A stretch of 64,000 nt of DNA from positions 113,214,001-113,278,000 of the forward strand of contig NC_058373.1 in NCBI RefSeq assembly GCF_018350175.1. Direction: 5' to 3'. The DNA is from Felis catus (lineage: Eukaryota). How positions within the stretch are numbered: position 1 is the first letter of the stretch; each line of letters begins with the position of its first letter. Shown piece by piece: positions 48,616 to 60,929 of this stretch. Under the pieces are notes generated by a model. That model saw nothing but the letters and a program-made list of their open reading frames with translations, ran no database searches and was not told the DNA's origin. The position numbers and the translations under genes were made by a program.

Positions 48616-50947
48616 CTTAGCTTGCTGGGGTGGATTGTTGTGGCGCTTGTAGGCGCATAGGCACATGCGCGGGAGCAGTGAAAATGGTGTCACCCTGCAA
48701 CTCAGTCTCTAGTATCGGAATTCTGTTCTCCCTGATCATCAATCACGCACCCATCCTTTGTCCTCAGCCTCCGTCCACTCTCCGCTTTTACACAGTCCGT
48801 GACCAAACCCCAGGCAGCACTTTCCTCCTGAGTTTTGTCTTAGATGTGGCTGTTTTTCACAACCCCTTAGTTCTGAGGGACTGCAGCTTTGACCTGTTCT
48901 GCCCCTCTGCAGGAGGGTCTTACCAAGCAATGGCCAGGTGCTGGCCGCACCCAGGAACATTTGCGGGACTGTGCTGCTGCCAATGCCCAGAGACTGTGGT
49001 TGGGTGCCAGCCCACACCAGAAAAAGTTCGCCAGATAGTGTAGCAGCAGCATTTCAGGGATTATGGAAAATCACAACATACATATGGCACCAGGCTTCAC
49101 CCTTAATGACCTTTTTCCAGAACCAGGGAATGTGGTTGTTCTCCCGAGTCCACTGGGGCTTTGCCTTTGGGGGACCCACATAGCCTCTACCAGGTGTCCT
49201 CCCAGCAGGGGAACTGCCTATCCCCGTGTGGCCTGAAGAACCGCAGACTCCACTCTGCTCCTGGGGATTCACCCTTCCCACCAGAGCACTACCAGGTATT
49301 GAGTTGTGGAGTTGCAGACTTTGCGCTCCCCCACCCCCTCCGTTTATGGTCTTAATGGAATTTAAACCCTCTCCTTTCTCCTTTCTCCCTTTTTAGTTCA
49401 GTCCCTGTGGCTGTTTCCACTTTTCTACTTTGTCTCCAGCTGCTTTTGGGAGGGGGTGCTTTTCTCATATTCTCCCCCCCCCATCTTCATCCTCTCTCCC
49501 CATGCAAAAGCAGCTCCCTACCCTCTGCAGCTTCTTTCTCCCCCAGTTCACCTCTCTGTGCCATGTACCTGCTGAATTCTGTGGTTCAGGTTGTGCAAAT
49601 TGTTGTGTTAATCCTCAGATCAGGTTTCTAGGTGTGTAGGATGGTTTCTAGGTGTGTAGGTAGTGTTGGTCTGGCTATATTTCATGGACGTGAGACACAC
49701 AAAAAAACTTCCATGCTGTTCCGCCATCTTGGCTCCTCTCCCTCTTTATTCTGTTATTATTGTTGCTATAAATATGAGGAACAATACAGTCCTTCTAAGC
49801 ATCCTTCTCCTAACACAAATTGTAAGAAGTTTTGAGTGGTATAGCTCAAGAAAGGACACAAGAATCATAAAACTATGTCAGGGAAAGCAGAGATTTGGAG
49901 TTGAGGAAAAGGTTCTAGAAAAATTTTAGTGATCTTTACCTTATAAATAGCTTCTAATCTTATGTGCATTACTATATGTGTATATTATCTTCCACTGGCT
50001 TGAATAGCAAGGATACTTAGGAAATTTTCTTATTCTGAATATTCCAATGGATTTATTTCAACACTAAAATTTGGTTCCCAAAGAACCATGCTATTCCCAA
50101 GAGTGCTTCCTACCCCACTCTCCTACCCCTGAGAGATCCTGAGTCCACACAAGAACAATCCCCTATTCCCTGTAGGAAAATTCCTGCTGTCAGGATCAGA
50201 CCATTCCAAAGCCATCTGAGAGTTTCCCCCAGTAGCCAGTGGAGCAACATGTAGTATTTGGAAGGAGCAACAGTCATGTGTCACCCCTAGAGCAATGCCT
50301 GTTGCTTCTAATCCTAGGAATCTGTATGTTCTGCTCCATCACCGACCTCCCTTCATGTGTCTGAAGCCTGTCAGCTCTATCTGATTCCTTTGGGTGGGCC
50401 CCACACTGTAATAGGGAAAGGACTAGCATTCTGTCTTCTAGACCTTGACCAGGAAATTCAGAACCTGGAAAAGTGGAAACTGCTTTTTGGAAAGGGGCAC
50501 TGTCCTGTCACTTCTATGGAATCTCCAAAACTCACTTTTCCATGAGCAAATCTCCCAGTATGTGCATTCCCTTGGTACTCTGAGTTAAGCAGTCTGGTCC
50601 CAGCTCCCTGTCTCATCACTTTATCTGTGGTGGAGCAAAGATGATCCTTAACCTGCAGCTTGGACCTTTGCAGAAGAGACTCTTCCTGTCCCCTGCTCTT
50701 GTGGCTCTAGGTGAGAGATACCTGGAACAAGTGCCAAGTTGATGGTCTATGCACTGCTGAAGCCAAGTGTTCAGAGCTGGGAATGGGAGAATGTTCTTTC
50801 CATCTTTCTCTCCTTTACCTTCATCTTTTAGTACCACTAAGTTTTCTAATCCCCTTCCCTGAAACTATGCAAAATTGAACAGGAACAAAGTATTCAGAGT
50901 TTAAGGTTTAAAGTCTCCACTTTAGACAGAAGTTAAAGCCCCATAAT

Positions 50948-51134
50948 GGGGCACCTGGGTGGCTCATTCGGTTGAGCATTCGGCTTAGGTCATGATCTCC
51001 TGGTTGGTGAGTTCAAGCCCCATGACCCGTTCACTGCTGTTGGTGCAGAGCCTGCTTCAGATCCTCTGTCTCCATCTCTCTCTCTGCCCCAACCCCACTT
51101 GCGCTCTCTCAAAAATAAAACATTTTTAAAAAAG
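50948..51134 (+). mobile_element. CAN-SINE
   Basis: TSD gaagttaaagccccat at 50929-50944 and 51135-51150. Confidence 0.92.
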
Positions 51135-51276
51135 GAAGTTAAAGCCCCATTAACCACCACCTTTCAGGGTGGCCAAAGCATGCACTGGTCAGACTGGAAG
51201 GGAACAGATCTGGCCATCCGCATGGCTGGGAGTAGGAATGCTGGTGCTCAGGGTTGTTTAAGAAAACAAGCCATCC

Positions 51277-51295
51277 TGACCACTAGATGGCGCTG
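51277..51295 (+). promoter_or_regulatory. Candidate CTCF binding site
   Basis: TGACCACTAGATGGCGCTG fits the CTCF core CCASYAGRKGGCRS at all positions, in unique sequence. Confidence 0.75.
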
Positions 51296-53304
51296 AGAGA
51301 TAGCCTCCCTGTCCTGGCTAGTGGGGGGGTCACACTGGGAACTTTGTGAGGGAAGACAGGTTATGTCATCTGGACTAACCCCCTTTCATAAAGAGGAGCT
51401 GGCAAAGAAGGTTTCCAATAGGATATGAGACCTGACACTCGTAAAATCCCTGAACCTGAGCACAATGATCATGAGCACCACAGATGAAGGCTCAATTGAT
51501 CAAAGCAGATAACACACCAATTTGTTTCACACTAAATCTTTGGGGGAAGGAGGGAGGAAGAGCTGAAATGGTTAGGTCTTCTCATTCTGTTCAGGTATTT
51601 TGCATCTTGCCATCTCTGTGAATTCTGGGGCACTTATTGGCATGCTCTTATAGCAACCGCTCAGCCTGGAAGGTGCCCTGCAGGGAAATGCATGTGTCTC
51701 TGAAGCAGAGGACTCCAACTCCCAGCCATAGATAGCTCTCCACCCTACACTGCAAGCCTCTTCCAGTCAAGTGAAGCAGTAAGCAGAGGGGAGATCAAGG
51801 GGCACAAAGAGGCCCTCCACAGTCCAGTTTGCCCAGACTGAGTCACCTGTTCCACCATGCTCTCCCTCCCCTACTTCCTGGTCCACAGTGGATACTCACC
51901 ACGCATGTACTGAATGGATGAAAGCAGAACCCTAGCTCACCACACCTCTCCCATGGTCTGTCATCAGCTGAAGGGATAATAATAATGGCCAGCATCTGCT
52001 GAGTACTTACTATATGCCAGTATTCAGGTAAGTGCCAGAGCTGGAATTTGAACTCTGGAAGTAGAATCCCCCAGAGCCAACACAATGTCACCTTGAGAAC
52101 TCAAATGTCTAGAGTTGCCACACACATACTGCAGAAAAGGGGCCAAGGTGCTACAACAGGCTCCCTGACTGGCCTGAGTTCCCCGGCTTCTTAGAACCCC
52201 AGAGTCTCTTCCCACATGGGCTCCTCAGACTTCTGGAGAAATGCCACTTACTTGAAGGTCCCTGCCCATCCCCTTCTACCCCCATGGAGAAATAAGACGG
52301 TTGGTTTAAAACCTTAATGTTGTAAGTTCTAAAATGATCTAGAATCCCACATAGATGACTGGATTTACCCAGTTCTCATTCCCTGAGCTCTATCAGCTCC
52401 CAACTCAGCTTCCCTTTCCCCCTCCTTGCCACCTCCTCTTTTCCGTCTCCACCCTCATCCTACTGAGTCCCTCTCTGCCTGGCTCTCTCTCACTTGATGA
52501 GCTCACAGCTGTGCTGGACAGATCCTTTTGCATTGATATGTGTTGTCATGACATCAGTTCTACCCTGCCTTCCCCTCTGGGGCTGTTGTTGCTGTCTGAG
52601 AAGATCACTGGAGTGTTGGAACATGGTGTATGACAAACCAGTCAATTCCAGGCACCCTATTGGTCTAAGGATCATGAAAATACAGACCCCTGAGCTTGCT
52701 GATCTCAATGCTCAGGGCTTCGTTCCATGTTTTTAATCAGTGGCCCCAGGGCTTTTTGATATAAGGTCAGGTGGGGAATCGCTGCCTTCCTTCTCATTGG
52801 AGTCCTTCTTGACCAGGCCTTCCTTCCACCCATTGCTCTTTGTGAGCTTCCAAGTCCCTACTCTTTGGGCATCTTGCTAGTCCTTTATACCTCCATTCAG
52901 TAACACTTACTGGGTGCATATGCCAGATACTGGGGCAGACCCTATCTCCATCTTTCCAACTACCCTCTAAGGAAAGAATACTGATTCCTGTTTACAAATG
53001 AAGAACCTCTTTCTTCCCTGCTCTCTGCCTGGCTCTGTCTGGCTCTGTCTGGCTCTGGAGCCCACAGCTGGACTGGATAGATTATTTGCCATGCTCCCCA
53101 CTGGGAAGACCCAGGATTCAATGACAGGCATGTCTGGTTTTGAAGTCTGTGCCCTGAGTTCACTGGTCACATTTGCCACACTTTGTTTCCTCACACAGTG
53201 CCTGAAAAATGGTAACTACTCCGTAAATATTTGTTCTTGAGTAACTGAATGAATAAATGAAAGAAGAGTCCATGCCCAAAGTTAGGACACTCCCACCATC
53301 CAAC

Positions 53305-53343
53305 ATACACACACACACACACACACACATACACACACACACA
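53305..53343. repeat. (CA)n microsatellite, interrupted
   Basis: Read directly. Confidence 0.93.
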
Positions 53344-54029
53344 ATACAGAATTCTGCCTCTGGACTCTCATTTCCTTCCTATCCTGCATCTCTCTGCATG
53401 TCTGATCACTGCTCTCCTACCTGAATTGGACAATGACCCTGAGCCTTTCTGACCCAGCCCCTGGTTGCTCTAGCTGCTCCCAGAGATTCAGCAGTAGAAT
53501 CACCTCCTGACTTCTTTGTAACCCAAGAGCTGCCAACCTCTGCCCCTGGCTCCTGAGGTAGAAGGTTGGACAAGGACCAGCCCCCGGGATCCTGGGACTC
53601 TGAGGTCCCTCCCCCTTCTCCTCTCCCTCCCTTTTCCCCTTTAGTCTCCTACCAAAAACAACCGAGAACAAGGCCCTGAAGGCAGAAGACAGGGTGGTTG
53701 ATTTGGGAGAGTTTCAGTGAAGCAGGTAGGGCTTCTTTGGAGTCCAGATCCCCACTCAGAGAAAACAAGTAGTGTTGAGAAGTGGGATCTCTAGAAAGCC
53801 CAGGACATGGGAAGATGAATTGTCAAACATTTTGCTAGTTCTCCTAGAGTTATTCCTTCTCTCAAACCATGTTTCTTATCTATTGCAATCTTGCAACAAA
53901 GAGAACTCCTTGAGATATCACCACCTCTTAACCTAGTACAGTACATATTAGCAACCTGGGAGAGTATCTCATAAACATTATACCTCTAGCAAATATTTGT
54001 TCAAAGAATGAATAACAAAAGCTACCTTT

Positions 54030-54185
54030 TATACAGAATTTGCTACATGCCAGACACAATACTATCTCATTTAACCCTTCCAACAACCCTATGGGGCAAG
54101 AGATGTTATACCACTTTACCAATGAGGAATTAAGCACCCGCCGCAAGGTTACATCAGCACAGATGTGGTAAAGATGGGACTTAAA
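54030..54185 (-). mobile_element. MIR SINE
   Basis: tatctcatttaacccttccaacaaccctatg...atgaggaa. Confidence 0.65.
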
Positions 54186-55315
54186 CTGATGATGTCAAAC
54201 CACATGGTGTGTCTGTATATACACCGATCTCCTCTAACCCCTGGAGTGGTTAGTTAGCATCGAAAGTATTCTAATCAGGAATCTGTAGTCTAGAGGGTGA
54301 TTACATAAGCACTTCAAATGGCATCAAAGCCTACACCAGTAGGCTGAATGTGCTTGAGGTATGCTAGAGGTTTCCAAAGTAAGGAGTTAGCCAGAAAGAG
54401 GATATGGGCCCTCACATGAATAATGTGTAAAAACCAGACCAGGCTAATTCCCTGACTCCCTTGAAGCAAGTTGTAGAAATTTTTGTGCCTGCTTGCTGAT
54501 GTCTGTATAATTGACAGAATTTTGGCGATTTTTACTATCCCACCTGTAAGAGGTTATAGAAGAGGAGATGAATGGTCTCCAGTCACCTCTCATCTCCAGG
54601 GGCCGTGAGTATAGGATCCTGTCAATTGCCAGAGGACCAAATTGGTTCAGACATGTTCACAGTGAGTGGCCACCAAGGCCTCATCCTCTTCTCAGAAAAG
54701 TAAAAGGAGATCCTCAGCTTCAATGGCCCAACTGAGCCTTCCACTCAGGGCACACGATGGCTTTCTTCCTCTGTCTGCTGTCAGGCCACTATAATAACAA
54801 ACTAATATCAAACAGGAATGAGCTTTAAGTGTCATGAGTGCCGCTTCTGCATGGACCCGTAGAGGGATCTGGGGCCTCTTGGAGACTTTCTGGATCTTGG
54901 AGACTTTCAGGCAGGCTCCCACCAGCCTTCCTGTTCTCCTCTACTTCCCACTACAACACCAAATATGGTGCCCAAGATGGCTTTTCCTTACTTCAGTTTT
55001 GCAAATTCCCCTCTGCTGTAATGATTCTCTCATAATCCTGCCTTTTCCTCCCCAGTTTACAACAGGACGTACTGAGGCAGGAAGCAAGGAAATGATTTAT
55101 CCAAGTTAATAGTTGGGCATCTAATAGAGTACCTGGAACAACCTAAAAGTCAGTTATCATGAATGAATGAACAAATGAATGGGAAGGGGGGGGGAAGAGA
55201 AGAATATCAGCATCAGCTGATGTTACTGTCTGGATGTGATCAGTGGCCAGTTTGACTGTTAGTCTCAGATCCATGGAAGGCTACGTAAAAGGTGACTTAA
55301 AACAGAAAGATTGTT

Positions 55316-55519
55316 GGGGCGCCTGGGTGGCTCAGTTGGTTAAGCGACTGACTTTGGCTCAAGTCATGACCTCATAGTTCGTGAGTTCCAGCCCCACATC
55401 GGGCTCTCAGCTCTCAGCTCTCCATTCTCAGGGAAGAGTTGGCTTCAGATCCTCTATCTTCCTCTCTCTCTCTCTGCCTGTCCCCCCTTCCCCCTCAAAA
55501 ATAAACATTAAAAAAAAAG
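55316..55519 (+). mobile_element. CAN-SINE
   Basis: ggggcgcctgggtggctcagttggttaag head; TSD acagaa(a/c)gattgt. Confidence 0.92.
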
Positions 55520-56064
55520 ACAGAACGATTGTGGGGAAAAGATAGTGTCTTGACATCTCAATCCTTAATTCCAGGGTTAAGTTAGGGGTAGGCCAGCCTG
55601 GAGGTTCATAGAAATTCATCTAGGGATGGGGTGACATGGGGAGGGCTGCGGTTGAGGGTGACGGAGGAGCCAGGTTTCCCTCACTGAAGCTTTCACAGCT
55701 GCCTCTGCTGATTGGAGGCCAATGGGGGATGTGGAGGAGACACCAGAAGCCCAGCCAGGGTTTGGAGGGGAGGTGGACAGAATCTTCCTGGGCTGCCAGC
55801 ATCGGGCAGCTGGAGCCAGGCAGAGGAGGTGACATCAGCCAAGACGGCTGGTGGGACAATCCCTAGCATTAGATGGGAAACTCTGCCCTGCCTATGACTT
55901 TCCCTGCTAGCGTGGTTATTGATTACCTGAAGCCGCTGAGGAATACTAGGCTCTAGACTTGTGGGAGTCACCCTCTCCCTGGGACAGAGGAGGGGATGAA
56001 ATTATTCTCTAGGCATCCATTCATTCTGGTATTAGGTAGGGACTAATAATAATAAATAGAAGAG

Positions 56065-56490
56065 CTATAAAACTCAGCTATAAAGGACATTGTTGGGACA
56101 ATTGGGGAAATTTTAATATGGTCTGTATGGTAGATGATAGTATTGTATTAATAAGTTTCCTAAGTGTGATAATATTAGGAGAACATCCTTGTTCTTGGGA
56201 AGGTACATGTTGAAATATTCAGGGGTAAAATGTCATGATGTGCACAACTCTCAAATGGTTTAGGGGAAAAATTATATATTATAATATATGTAATATATAA
56301 TATATTAGAAATATGAAATATATAATATATATAATATATAACTTAAATAGCACCAATATATAATGTAATATATTATAATATATATTATATATGTGTAAAG
56401 ACAGAAAGTAAACATGGCAAAAAGTATATGGGTGTTTGATGCACTATTTTTTGCAACTTCTGTCAGTTTGAAATTTTCAAAATAAAAGCT
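56065..56490 (+). mobile_element. Old L1M (L1MC/ME-type) 3' remnant with an expanded TA-rich tract
   Basis: gctataaaggacattgttgggacaattgggg...ttttgcaacttc...ttgaaattttcaaaataaaag; resembles 20700-21045. Confidence 0.7.
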
Positions 56491-57270
56491 AGGGGGAAAG
56501 TTTGAGGGAAGGATAGCTATCACTTATTGAACAATCATTGTATTCCAAAATTTATGTAACTCTATTATCTGATTTAATCCTCAAACCAACTCCAGAGAGA
56601 GAGATCATGCATATTAGAGAAAAGGAAACCGAGTCCCAGAGAGGCTAAGGAACTTGCTCAAGTTTACAGAGCTGGTATTGAAACAGAGCCCAAAGGAAAG
56701 AAGAGGTCACAGGGAGGAGTGTGGTTGGGAGACCAAAGGCTAACACTTTCTTGAACCTTCCTGTGTGCTAGCAGTGTTTTAAAATCATCCATGCATATGA
56801 ACTCATTTAATCCTCCCTTTTTAAAAGCTTTGTAGTTCGTGATAAATCACTTGACTGGTGTGGTGGGAGGGAACAAAGGGGCACTCAAAACACACTGAAA
56901 GAAGTATAGGTTGGTGGTGCAGCCTCCTTTGAGGGTGATTTGGTTGCATCTAATGAAATTTAAAATTCATATTGTGTGTAGAGCCAGCAATTCCACTTCT
57001 AAATATTAAACCATAAAGATAGTCATAAATGTGGACCAAGAAGTATGCACATAGATATTCACTGTAGCAAAGCATTTCCAAAGATTGGAAACATCCTAAA
57101 TATCCATCATTAGGAACACTAGGGGACCCCTAAAAAAATAAAGCATCTCTAAGTGTGCTGATGAGTCAACAAGAGTCAACAAATGGTAATGTCAAGAGGG
57201 AAAAAAAAGCAAGGGATGTTTCCTTAGTGTTGAAAGGGGATATGAATACATATATATGAACATATATATA

Positions 57271-57877
57271 TAGTTGACCCTTGAACAATGCCAGGATTAG
57301 GAGCACCAACCTCTATGCAGTAAAAAATCTGAGTATAGGGTTGCCTATACCGGCTGGCTCGGTTGGTTGAGTGTCCGTCCGACTCTCGGTTTCAGCTCAG
57401 ATCATGATCTCACAGTTCATGAGTTCAAGCCCCCCACAGGGCTCTGTGCTGACTCTGCAGAGCCTGCTTAGGATTCTGTCTCTCCCTCTCTCTCTGCCCC
57501 TCCCCTGCTTGCTCACACACATTCTCTTTCTCTTCCTCTCAAAATAAATGAATAAACTTAAAAAATTAAAAAGAAAATCTGAGTATAACTTTTGTCTCCC
57601 CAAAAACTTAATTAGTAGCCCACTGTTGACTGGAAACCTTACCGATAACAAAAACAGTTGATTAACACATAGTTTGTACATTATATGTATTAAATACCAT
57701 ATTCTTCCCATAATACTATTTTTTTTTTTTTTTGGTATTTCTAGGCATGTGGCTCATCTGCAAGTTTTTTGAAATTGTTGCAAATCTCCAAAAAACATTT
57801 GCAATATATTTATTGAATAAGATCCATGTATAAGTGGACCTGTGCAGTTCGTATCAATGCTGTTCAAGGGTCAACTG
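57271..57877. mobile_element. Tigger2-type (TcMar) non-autonomous DNA transposon, interrupted by a SINE
   Basis: Terminal inverted repeats (t)agttgacccttgaaca at 57271-57287 and tgttcaagggtcaactg at 57861-57877, flanked by TA. Confidence 0.88.
57338..57573 (+). mobile_element. CAN-SINE inside the Tigger element
   Basis: TSD aaaatctgagtata at 57324-57337 and 57574-57587. Confidence 0.92.
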
Positions 57878-58289
57878 TATATATATACAAACATATGAAT
57901 GCATATGTATTTATGAATGCTTTATAGATAAAATATCTTGAAAGGAAATTCTGTGTTTGGGGAGGAGTGATCTGGGGGACAGGGCAGGGTGGGAGGTAGA
58001 CATTTTTCATTGTTAGCCCTTTTATATTATTTGAAATCTAATGTTCATGAAGGTGAATGAAAGCATGAATGAACCAATGAATCATCCTTAACAAACTCCA
58101 GAAGACTTGCTTTTGAGCTTCCTTAGGCATCTTCCTGAGTGTTGAAGAGATAGCAGAGGCCAGTGTCCCACAGTCTGGGGTTGACCTATCTCAATCCCCA
58201 GGAGCTATGAATCCATTTGCAAGTTCAGCCCTGGAGTCCCATTGGCCCAGTTGAACTTTTGCCCTTGGCCTCCTAAACTACTACTACTG

Positions 58290-58460
58290 GGACCAGCTTT
58301 CTATAGTATCTGGGCTCTCAAAGTTGTGCAGGAGAATTGCCTGGGGAAGTTGTTAGCTGGGTAATCTGACAGCCTCACCTCCAGAGATTCAAATTCAAAC
58401 TTGGGGTGGAGCCAGAGGATCCTTCATCAAGGCCCGGAGTGAGTTTTCCAAGCCCCTTTG
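58290..58460. mobile_element. MER5-like hAT MITE remnant
   Basis: ctctcaaagt...gaattgcctgggga...ccagagattc...tggggtggagcc motifs. Confidence 0.45.
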
Positions 58461-58899
58461 CAGAAGTGGGTCCTGGTGGTGATTGCCTCGGTTCAGGCCT
58501 GGACAGAGAGCCTGCAGGACTGGCCAAGAAAGCCGTTTGAAACGTGGCTCCTTTCCTCCTATAGTCTCCATATTCATCTTCTTTACCCCAAACCCGCCTA
58601 ACCAAAAAAGTCGAGTGTGCTAATCCCCTCTGAGTGTAGGACTGTACCGGTGCGCTAAGGGACTGCAAGCCCTTGTAGAACGAGGGTATGAAGACTGCTC
58701 TAGCTGCCCAGCAGGCAGCGTCCGGTTTGCCTTTCTGGCTCCTCGGCCTGCTCCTTTAACATAAATAATGCATAGACAAACGTACATAAGCAAGCAAAGT
58801 ACACTCGGGGCCACGGTGACTTTTTTTTTTTTCCCCCAAATTACAAATCATAACCTGGGTCTGGCAGTGGGACAGCCTGTTGGAAATAAGGACTTCTGC

Positions 58900-59880
58900 T
58901 CTAAATATCCGGGCGTTACAGTTCTCACAGATTGCCAGCAAATGCTGGAACCTCCTTTGGGGGGTGAGGTCCGGTCTTGCGCCCCATCCTGCGAAGGTCC
59001 CAAGCTGGCCGGGCGCTGAGCAGCTCCCGGGGCTCCCGGCCGCCCTCCGCGGCTGGTGCGGTCCCCGCGGAGAGCTCGGAGCGGGGGCCGGGAGACCCCG
59101 CCGCCCCAGGGACGAGCCGGGCGGCGCGGAGAGGTGGGAGGCTGGAGCCTGCTGAGGTCATTTCCTGTGCCTCTCCGCGAGCCGCCCGAGGAGCCGCGCC
59201 GGCGCTCGGCCTTTAAGGAGCGGCCCGGGAGGAGGGGGCGCGGCGCGGCTCTGAATGGGGCGCCGCGAGGCCGGGCTTGGCTTTGTGCGGCCAGCCCGCG
59301 GGCACCCCGCCCGGCCCCCGCCCCGCCCACCGCGACCCCTGCTACCGCGGAGCGGAGACCCGGCGGTCGCCGCGGACTCGGGCTAGAAGGACGCAAGGTC
59401 AGCGGCGGACGCGCGCGGAGGGCGCCCGTGTGCCGGGTGGGCGGCGGGAGCGTCCGCGAGCTGGCGGGAGGTGAGCGGCCGCGCGCGCCTCGCAGGCAGG
59501 GACGGGCTTGGCGGTGTGCGCTGGCGGGGAGGTGTTTGGCGGAGCGGAGAGGAAGGGCTCCCTCCTGCCGGAGGGCGATTCCAGAGCAGGTGCCTCCCCG
59601 CCTAGCGCTGAGGGCGCTGGCAGCCGTGGTAGGACTCGGGGGACTCGCACCAAGCGGCGAGGAGTCGCCTTTCCCGGGAGGAGCGGGAGTTTGGGACCGG
59701 CTCGAGCCGGTTGCCCCCGGGAAGGGCCCTCGGGCGCACTTGCAGGCGTCCCACTGCGTTGCCGAGCGCTCTCTTGCCCTCTCGCTTTCCGCCTCCCGCC
59801 CTCCTCCCCGCCTCGTCTCAGGTAATCTCCTCTGTGGTTTCTCGGTAGTTCTCTTAGGGATTCTGTTGGTCCGGCTAGAC
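58900..59880 (+). promoter_or_regulatory. CpG island promoter of a plus-strand gene
   Basis: Dense CpG/GC block, tandem GC boxes (ccccgccccgccc ~59316-59328), ETS-like CATTTCCTGT (~59159-59168) and a plus-strand donor GAG|GTGAGC. Confidence 0.85.
59330..59470 (+). other. Putative non-coding first exon of unidentified plus-strand gene (TSS approximate)
   Basis: Donor GGGAG|GTGAGC at 59470/59471 downstream of the GC boxes; no ATG in 59330-59470. Confidence 0.6.
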
Positions 59881-60929
59881 TCCTAGAGGCAGGTCAGCCA
59901 AGCAGAAAAGAAAACAAGTTGGGCACCGAGTGACAGCAGTAGCTTTGTGTCCTAGGAGCCGTAGTGACTTTATCACGAGGGACCAGGAAGCCTTAATGGG
60001 GGTAGCAGAGGCAGTGAAGACCCTCACCTGGAAGTAGAATCCGCCCCGTGTGGGTTTTCTCCCTGCCAGGACATCTCCGTAAGCTTTTACTGTGAGTCCA
60101 TCTCGTAAACTCTTTTGGACAGAACCTTAGTTCCTGGTACAGTTTCCACTTGAAAGATCATTTTAATAACAATTTCAATGGAAAAGTCGTGGATTCTTTC
60201 CTCAGGCTTTTTGGACTGTCTTCTGTGTTCCAGACTCTACATGTGGTAACATCACTTAACTAACATCAGTTACCTAGTGTTTCTCCATACTGTTATCCCC
60301 ATTTTATAAAGAAGGAAACAGTCTCAGAAAAATTGTGATCTGCCCAAGGTTATATAGCTAAAAAGTGGAAAAGGCAAAACTCAAACCCAAGCCTCCTAAA
60401 TTCCTAAGGTGGGGTGTAGTCCATTATCAGCTACCTTCCCTCTCATAGACTGCTTTGGAGGCCTGCTCAGAGCTGGGTTATGACAGGGTACCTACCCCCT
60501 GTGGTCTCAGACTCATTGAGACTAACAACTGAGTTGAGAAAATGTGGGGCCCCTTCTGCCCTCCTCAGAAGTCACCAGCTCCCCGGAAGAAACATGTACC
60601 TCCTACTCTCCTCCCCCGTTGTGCACTCCTCTTTACTATTCCCTTCTCTCTGTGAGGCTGTGTTTCCATGTGGGGAACTCTGTGCCCCTTTTGGTTTGAA
60701 GAGTGTTGTATAGATGCTGTACATGCTGAGGTTAAGGTGCGAGGATTTTCTCAGTCCTGATCTGGGTGAGTTCACAGCAGGCTGGCTTGCTGAGCCACCA
60801 TCCGGCATTCTCTGGATAGCCCAGCTGAGTCTTCTCTGGATAGCCCAGTTGAGCCGTCTCTCCCTTCTGTCAAAAATGAATTCGAAACTGACCTCCTCCG
60901 TGGGAAAACAGGCACTTATTGCTGGCTGG

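Larger units (their letters stand above)
42986..49743 (-). mobile_element. Full-length LINE-1 (carnivore/felid L1), retrotransposition-defective
   Basis: 5' end GAGGGAGAGGAGCCAAGATGGCGG (YY1 motif), ~1.7-kb 5'UTR, ORF1, ORF2 (EN, RT, Cys-rich end), short 3'UTR and A-rich tail. 15-bp TSD cttt(t/a)ttctgttatt at 42971-42985 and 49744-49758. Confidence 0.97.

Noticed and set aside
58848..59886. ORFs of 182-276 aa in the second CpG island
   Set aside because: Same GC-content artefact: low-complexity Arg/Gly/Pro/Ala composition, mostly non-ATG starts.
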